A DNA stretch of 64,000 bases, from assembly GCA_951406725.2 (NCBI GenBank), contig OX597830.1, positions 73,594,001 through 73,658,000 on the forward strand, written 5' to 3'. Shown piece by piece: positions 57,914 to 64,000 of the stretch (positions within the stretch are counted from its first letter, which is position 1; every line of letters starts with the position of its first letter). Source of the stretch: Octopus vulgaris (Eukaryota). The notes beneath the pieces are model-generated. The model was not told where the DNA came from, did no database searches, and saw nothing but the letters and a program-made list of their open reading frames with translations. The position numbers and the translations under genes are program-made.

Positions 57914-58480
57914 TGATAGGCAATACACCTTGAAACCATGGTCCGTGTGTGGTTTCCGCTTCATCGGGGAATTACCTCCCTTTGCAGGTTTAGGGCACCG
58001 TGACGGTGTCGAGCCTTTCTGGTGACGTCGATGTTCGCCTGGGGCTAAATGCAACAGTAACACCCCCACCACCCTGCCCTGTCCCTAGCCATATTCAGAT
58101 GGCTTTAGTCCCTTATGTTATCGAGCAGTTACTGTCTATATCCCTTTTAGAGAATTATTATTGCTTTCGAACAGATTTTCGAAATCAGCAAATGTATTTT
58201 GCTTGAAAATCTATATAAGAAATCCTGCATGGTGAGAATTCGTCGAGGAGGCGGAGGCCTACCACACGCCGATGATAGGCAATACACCTTGAAACCATGG
58301 TCCGTGTGTGGTTTCCGCTTCATCGGGGAATTACCTCCCTTTGCAGGTTTAGGGCACCGTGACGGTGTCGAGCCTTTCTGGTGACGTCGATGTTCGCCTG
58401 GGGCTAAATGCAACAGTAACACCCCCACCACCCTGCCCTGTCCCTAGCCATATTCAGATGGCTTTAGTCCCTTATGTTAT
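57914..58480 (+). mobile_element. Retrozyme-like / Penelope-mobilised 359-bp partial tandem repeat (1.6 units)
   Basis: 57914-58121 identical by eye to 58273-58480; hammerhead at the junction; several internal hairpins; no credible ORF. Confidence 0.75.
58263..58308 (+). ncRNA. Type I hammerhead ribozyme motif (U4C core variant), predicted cleavage after C58302
   Basis: cacacg-CCGATGA-t agg caataca cct t-GAAA-ccatgg-TC-cgtgtg. Confidence 0.7.
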
Positions 58481-58484
58481 ATAT

Positions 58485-58651
58485 ATATCAATATACATAA
58501 ATACATACATGCATATATGTGAATATATATATATATATATATATATATCAATATACATAAATACATACATGCATACATGCATATATGTGAATATATATAT
58601 ATATATATATATCAATATACATAAATACATACATGCATACATGCATATATG

Positions 58652-58682
<31 letters not shown>

Positions 58683-58721
58683 CAATATACATAAATACAT
58701 ACATGCATACATGCATATATG

Positions 58722-58756
<35 letters not shown>

Positions 58757-58861
58757 ATATACATAAATACATACATGCATACATGCATATATGTGAATAT
58801 ATATATATATATATATATATATCAATATACATAAATACATACATGCATACATACATATATG

Positions 58862-58895
<34 letters not shown>
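58485..58895. repeat. Composite minisatellite, 6 units of ~60-70 bp
   Basis: atcaatatacataaatacatacatgcat...gtgaat(at)n repeated. Confidence 0.9.
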
Positions 58896-58933
<38 letters not shown>

Positions 58934-59028
58934 CAGATATGCACACATACACATGTGTATATATATGTACACAGTCACACGCACACTCATGCGCACGCAT
59001 CTATATGTATGCATGTTTGTACACACAT

Positions 59029-59112
<84 letters not shown>

Positions 59113-59419
59113 ACAAATGCATATGTGTAAACATCTATCTATGAATCTATGTCTGCCAGTATATGCTGAAAGAAAACTCTGTACTGTATTTTCACAAAAC
59201 CAAAAAACAAAACAAAAACAAAGAGCCAAAGAAACAGATATCTCTTTATGAACGATGTCCAACTTACATGATGTTTGAGCGCTGATTTCAGATCTCCTTT
59301 TAAAGTTCGCGCATCTAGCCAAGTTTTCTTTTTCTGTACTGTTTTTTTCATTTTTTTAAATATTTCTTTTAGAAACGCTGTTTCAAATTGTATATGTATA
59401 TTGTAGTTTTTATCTTATC

Positions 59420-59797
59420 TCTTATCTTTTACTTGTTTCAGTCATTGGAATGCAGCCATGCCTGGTTACCGTTTTGACAGATCGAAAAAAAAAAAGAAAT
59501 CGTACCCTGGTATTAATTCTAAGAAATCTTTTGAAGAAACACTAGGTTACGCAAGCGTAAACAAACAAACACAAATATTCAAACATTCTCACACTCACAC
59601 ACACACACACACACAATACCAACTTAAATACAATGGGACTCCAACAGTTTCCGACTATTAAATTTATTCGGAAGGCATTGTTCGGCTCGGTTTAATAGTA
59701 GAAGAAAGACATTTGCCGAAAGTGCCACACGATGGAACGGAACCTGAAACTACGTGTTTACAAAGCGCGGTGTTTAACCACACAGCTACGCATGCGC
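59420..59797 (-). mobile_element. Old degenerate SINE-B
   Basis: tttacttgtttcagtcattg...aaagtgccacacgatggaacggaacc. Confidence 0.6.
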
Positions 59798-60426
59798 CAA
59801 TTAATACAACAAAATTTGTGATTCTACGATACAATGGTTAGTATAAATATTTTAGTAGTCTTATGATAGGCTATGTTGTCTCTCGTGTACACTTCAGCGA
59901 TGACAGAGCGTAGATTTTTGGTCGCTGGTAATTTGGACGCCTGGCTTGACGCAAAATCTGTTTTGGCGACAGTACTTTTTGGCACTGGAAGAAAACATAC
60001 AGACACACATACGTGTAGAAATATACAGATAGGAAGAGAGAGAGCAAGGGAGTGAAAGAGAGATAGAGAGAGAGAGAGAGCAAGAGAGAGAAAGAAAGAG
60101 AAAGAGGGAGAGAGAGTGAGAGAGAGAGACAGAAAAACAAAGAGAAAGAAAGAGGGAGAGAGAGAACGAGAGCAGTATAAAAACAAGTGAAACAATAAAA
60201 CATGTGATGTCAAATAAGTCAACGACAAATTAGCAACGCCAAACAGGCGGCGGCAAAACGACTGTGCCAAAAGACGCCATACCGTTTCTTTTGTACTTAT
60301 GTCAGGCATCAACAATAATTTACCATCATATTTCTCTATCACCTTACTTTATACCTTGTTTCCATAAATTTTATGTTTTACTAGGTATGATTTAATGAGC
60401 TGTATATTCTTCATTTATACCATTAA

Positions 60427-60812
60427 TCATCATCATTGTTCGACCGTGGTCGAGACAATGGAATTTACCATGCTACGCCAGACTTCACGGTCCATCATGG
60501 CATTACGGAGGTCCTGTTGCTGGATGCCTGTATCCCCGGAGATTACATCAGGGTAGGAGAGTGTGCGCCCTCTGGTATTGCGAGTAGATGGCTTCCAGAG
60601 GAGAAGAGTAGAAATTACCTCTTTTTCAGCTCTACAACAATGTCCAGCAAACTGGACTCTCTTACCTTTCACAAGAGATGACACAGGTGGTAGTTTCCCA
60701 TCTATTTGCATTTTGGTTGGATGGCGCTTCCACGAGAGATTTTGAGCTCTCATAAGGAGGCGAGTGTAGGTTCCATCCAACCGCCTCTCAAGCTTCTTTG
60801 ATAACGTCCAGG
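60427..60812 (-). mobile_element. 5'-truncated RTE-like LINE (C-terminal ORF2) with (TGA)n tail and 11-bp TSD
   Basis: WTLSKKLERRLDGTYTRLL...FAGHCCR...AMMDREVWR open to stop at 60433; TSD tataccattaa at 60416-60426 and 60813-60823. Confidence 0.9.
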
Positions 60813-61232
60813 TATACCATTAAATTGGCAAAGGAATTATCTAAATAACTCATTCGTAAATCTAATTTGAGCGTGGCCCCTTAGGAAGCCCCTTCAGGTG
60901 TCTTAGGATTCTCTGGGAATTCCGACAATCTTCACAATTTCGTTTGTACTTACATCTACGAAGAGGTGATATGACTTCCGTTGAGAACAGCGTCGACGTC
61001 GTCATCATTGTCATCGTCGCTGAGAATTCCATTACCGTCACCCTCTTCTTCCCATTTACCTATCTTTACTTGTTAGCATTGTGTAAACGAAATCCTTTAT
61101 TGACCCAAAGGGACTTTTCAACTCAATATGTTCATATTAATACGTATAGCATTATATACTTCAAGATTTACTGTTCCATATAAACCACACCCTTATATCA
61201 ACAGCTGGCATCGAAACATATATATATATATA

Positions 61233-61514
61233 CATCACCGTGACCGACCAGACTGTCAGATGTTGCTACACATCCCTGGTCACAATGCGCTTTGCATTGA
61301 TTTAGCCTCCAAATGATACCCCCACCCCACCCCGCTGACTAAGCGAGCAGGCCAACAGAAGAAAGAGTGAGAGAAAGTTGTGGCAAAAGAGTACAGCAGG
61401 GATCACCCCCAACCCCACCCATGCCGGAGCATCGTGGAGCTTTAGGTATTTTCGTTCAATAAACACCTATGACCACGAGTCCGCTGCCCTAACCACTGGG
61501 CCATTGCGCCTCCA
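61233..61514 (-). mobile_element. SINE-C with internal deletion
   Basis: Homology to 56208-56495. Confidence 0.85.
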
Positions 61515-61683
61515 CACACACACACACACACAGACTGCGCTCGTGCGTGCGCGTTTGTGTGCGCGTGAGTGTGCGTGCGTGTGTATGTAATATTCATGGA
61601 AGTGGCAGGGTCGACCAATAATAGTCAAGACCTGAAACAAAAAATACCGGGAATTAAGCTTTCTATAACACAAAAATGTGAGT

Positions 61684-61730
61684 CCAACAAAATATATATT
61701 GTTTCGCCCGAGAGGTTTCATCAGTGAATG
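61684..61730 (-). ncRNA. Degenerate hammerhead-like motif
   Basis: ca-CTGATGA-aacctctcgggc-GAAA-caatatatattttg-TT; stems I and II imperfect. Confidence 0.35.
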
Positions 61731-62245
61731 CAAAAAAGTGGTGTGACTCAGCTTCTTCGAAAGAGAATTAGATAAAAGAATAGATTATATTAAAAAAGAA
61801 TAGTTGGTTACACCGTTGCCAGGTTATTAACGTAGGTCTACTACGATCAAACCGATTTAACTTTAGGTATATCTCATAGGGTAAAGGAAATTGTAAATAT
61901 CCAACATTTTGTTGTAGCATGAAATGAAGAATGTTATGCAAATGAGATGGTTGAAGCATCTTTAACGACCAGCAATGTATATTTTAACCTAGATCTGGTG
62001 TAGTTTTCCAACCTCGTGTCTGTCTCTCTCTCTGTATTTTTTTATCACTTCTACCTCTCTCTTCAGTTGCATGTATATATAAATACAAACATACATACGT
62101 ACATACATATATATATGCATATGTGTATATATGTGTGTGCGTATGTATGTAACTATATACAAACACACACAGAGGAATTTTGCATAAAAGATTGCACGTA
62201 TCCCTCTATATATATGTCTGTGCATAGATATAAGCACACACACAC

Positions 62246-62320
<75 letters not shown>

Positions 62321-63117
62321 TACATATATATATATATGTATAAACGTATACACTCAGACACGTATGAATTTATGTATTAACAATTGCTTGTATATATATA
62401 TATAATATATATATATCTGTTTCTCTCGCCCTCTCCTCTCTCTCACCCTCTCTCTTCATGCATATAGATAGTATGAGTGTGTATCTCTCTGGTGTGTGAG
62501 TATACATGTATATATATATACATATATTGCTTTGAGAGAGAGAGAGAAGGAGAGAGAGAGAGAGAGAGAGCGAAAGAGAAAAGAGATATTAAGAGAAAAA
62601 ATACATACACACAAACACACACACATATACACACACACACAACAACAACAACAACGACGACGACAATCAAAACAACAACAACAACAACAACAACAGCAGC
62701 AGCAGCAGCAGCAGCAGCAGAAAGACAGAGATTGTGACAGAAGGTTAGAAGGAAATACAACCACTGGTGTCTTGGAGGAATTCAAACTACATAAATAATT
62801 GTTTTCGATAAAGAAATAATTATTGCACCTGAGACCTAGCCACAAGATTCAATATCATTATCCGAATTTTCGAAACACTTGCTAACATCACTGGCAATCG
62901 ATTCGGATCTGCAGAGAGCAGCTCTTAAATCATGCAATTTTCTGCCGTATATATAAATCATGAATATTTTTATCTTGTCGGTTAGCCCGGGGCGAAAATA
63001 TATGGATGTAAGAGCTGGTCTGACCTTAGCGAGAAGAAGAGTCTTTTGGTTATTATGTTTGTTTGTGCTTGTATGAATATATGTGAGTGTGCGCACGTAT
63101 GTATGTATGCATATATA

Positions 63118-63173
<56 letters not shown>

Positions 63174-63218
63174 CATATATATATATGTATGTATATGTAT
63201 TATGTATATATAAATATG

Positions 63219-63261
<43 letters not shown>

Positions 63262-63521
63262 TTATATACTTATGCACATAATAATATACACTATATATAT
63301 AAATGTATATATATATATATATACATGTGTATATATGTGTGTGTTTATATATATATATGTGTCTATATGTGTGTGTGTATATATCTATGTATATATATGT
63401 ATACATATACACACTCACACATATATATATATACATAATATAGAATAGAATATACATAACTTATATATATATGCGCTGTATATTCATTATATATATGTAC
63501 ACATATATACAATAATATAAT

Positions 63522-63578
<57 letters not shown>

Positions 63579-63899
63579 ATATGTATATGTATGTATGTAT
63601 AAGTAATTGTACTACGTATATACGTACATACACACATATAAATGATTCTCTATTTGTTCAAATGTTTCCATACGTGGATGGATTTGTATGCGCGCGTGTG
63701 TGTGTGTGTATGTGTGTGTGTTTTTGTGTGTGTGAGTGAGCGCACGCGTTTGCACGTCGTTCAGTGTGCGTTAGCGTGTATGTATGCATCTATCCAAAGT
63801 TGCAGAATAACGAATATTATTATGAATATTATTATGCTACACATAAGCACAACGCCATGAATTCCTGCCGCCAGAAAAAAATTATACACTCATAAATAT

Positions 63900-63902
63900 G
63901 TT

Positions 63903-63934
<32 letters not shown>

Positions 63935-64000
63935 TGTATGTATGTATGGATGGATGGATGGATGGATGGATGGATGGATGGATGGATGGATTGATGGATG
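63900..64000. repeat. (TATG)n(GATG)n microsatellite running off the window end
   Basis: Direct reading. Confidence 0.95.

Noticed and set aside
58215-58270. HDV-like ribozyme (cctcctcg on the minus strand)
   Set aside because: P3, P1.1 and J4/2 could not be assembled
57914-58480. TRIM / LTR pair interpretation
   Set aside because: Starts TG but has no CA end, no TGG primer-binding site, no adjacent PPT and no TSD; the hammerhead across the junction favours a tandem unit
58485-58895. CRISPR-like repeat-spacer array
   Set aside because: Spacers are just variable (AT)n; eukaryotic context, no cas genes
59905-60283. ttttggc/gccaaaa subterminal-repeat MITE
   Set aside because: Only one plausible terminus seen; boundaries unsupported

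Overview
Eukaryotic, AT-rich, microsatellite-saturated non-coding DNA (gene desert or very large intron). The (TA)n/(TATG)n/(TATC)n/(TTA)n load and the SINE repertoire suggest a coleoid cephalopod, probably octopus; this is inference. I found no host protein-coding exon or structural RNA gene, and nearly all ORFs in the track are microsatellite or SINE artefacts. Recognisable content: at least four tRNA-derived SINE families (about 40 copies or fragments, three with clear TSDs), a Tx1/L1-clade RT fragment, a 5'-truncated RTE-like LINE with an 11-bp TSD, two Tc1/mariner remnants, MITEs, a (TTA)n-embedded element pair and Penelope-type ends. The most interesting signal is a set of hammerhead-ribozyme (HHR) motifs. 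First, a 359-bp perfect partial tandem repeat (57914-58480) has a type I HHR with a GUC site at its junction and an antisense copy of both catalytic strands, i.e. a candidate retrozyme/circRNA element. Second, a ~720-bp inverted repeat (31564-32285) carries HHR core strands in a non-circularly permuted order. Third, there are several minimal Penelope-type HHRs. Two (TA)n-centred fold-back duplications and a shared SINE/LINE 3' tail are also visible. All ribozyme calls are by-eye folds and need in vitro testing.
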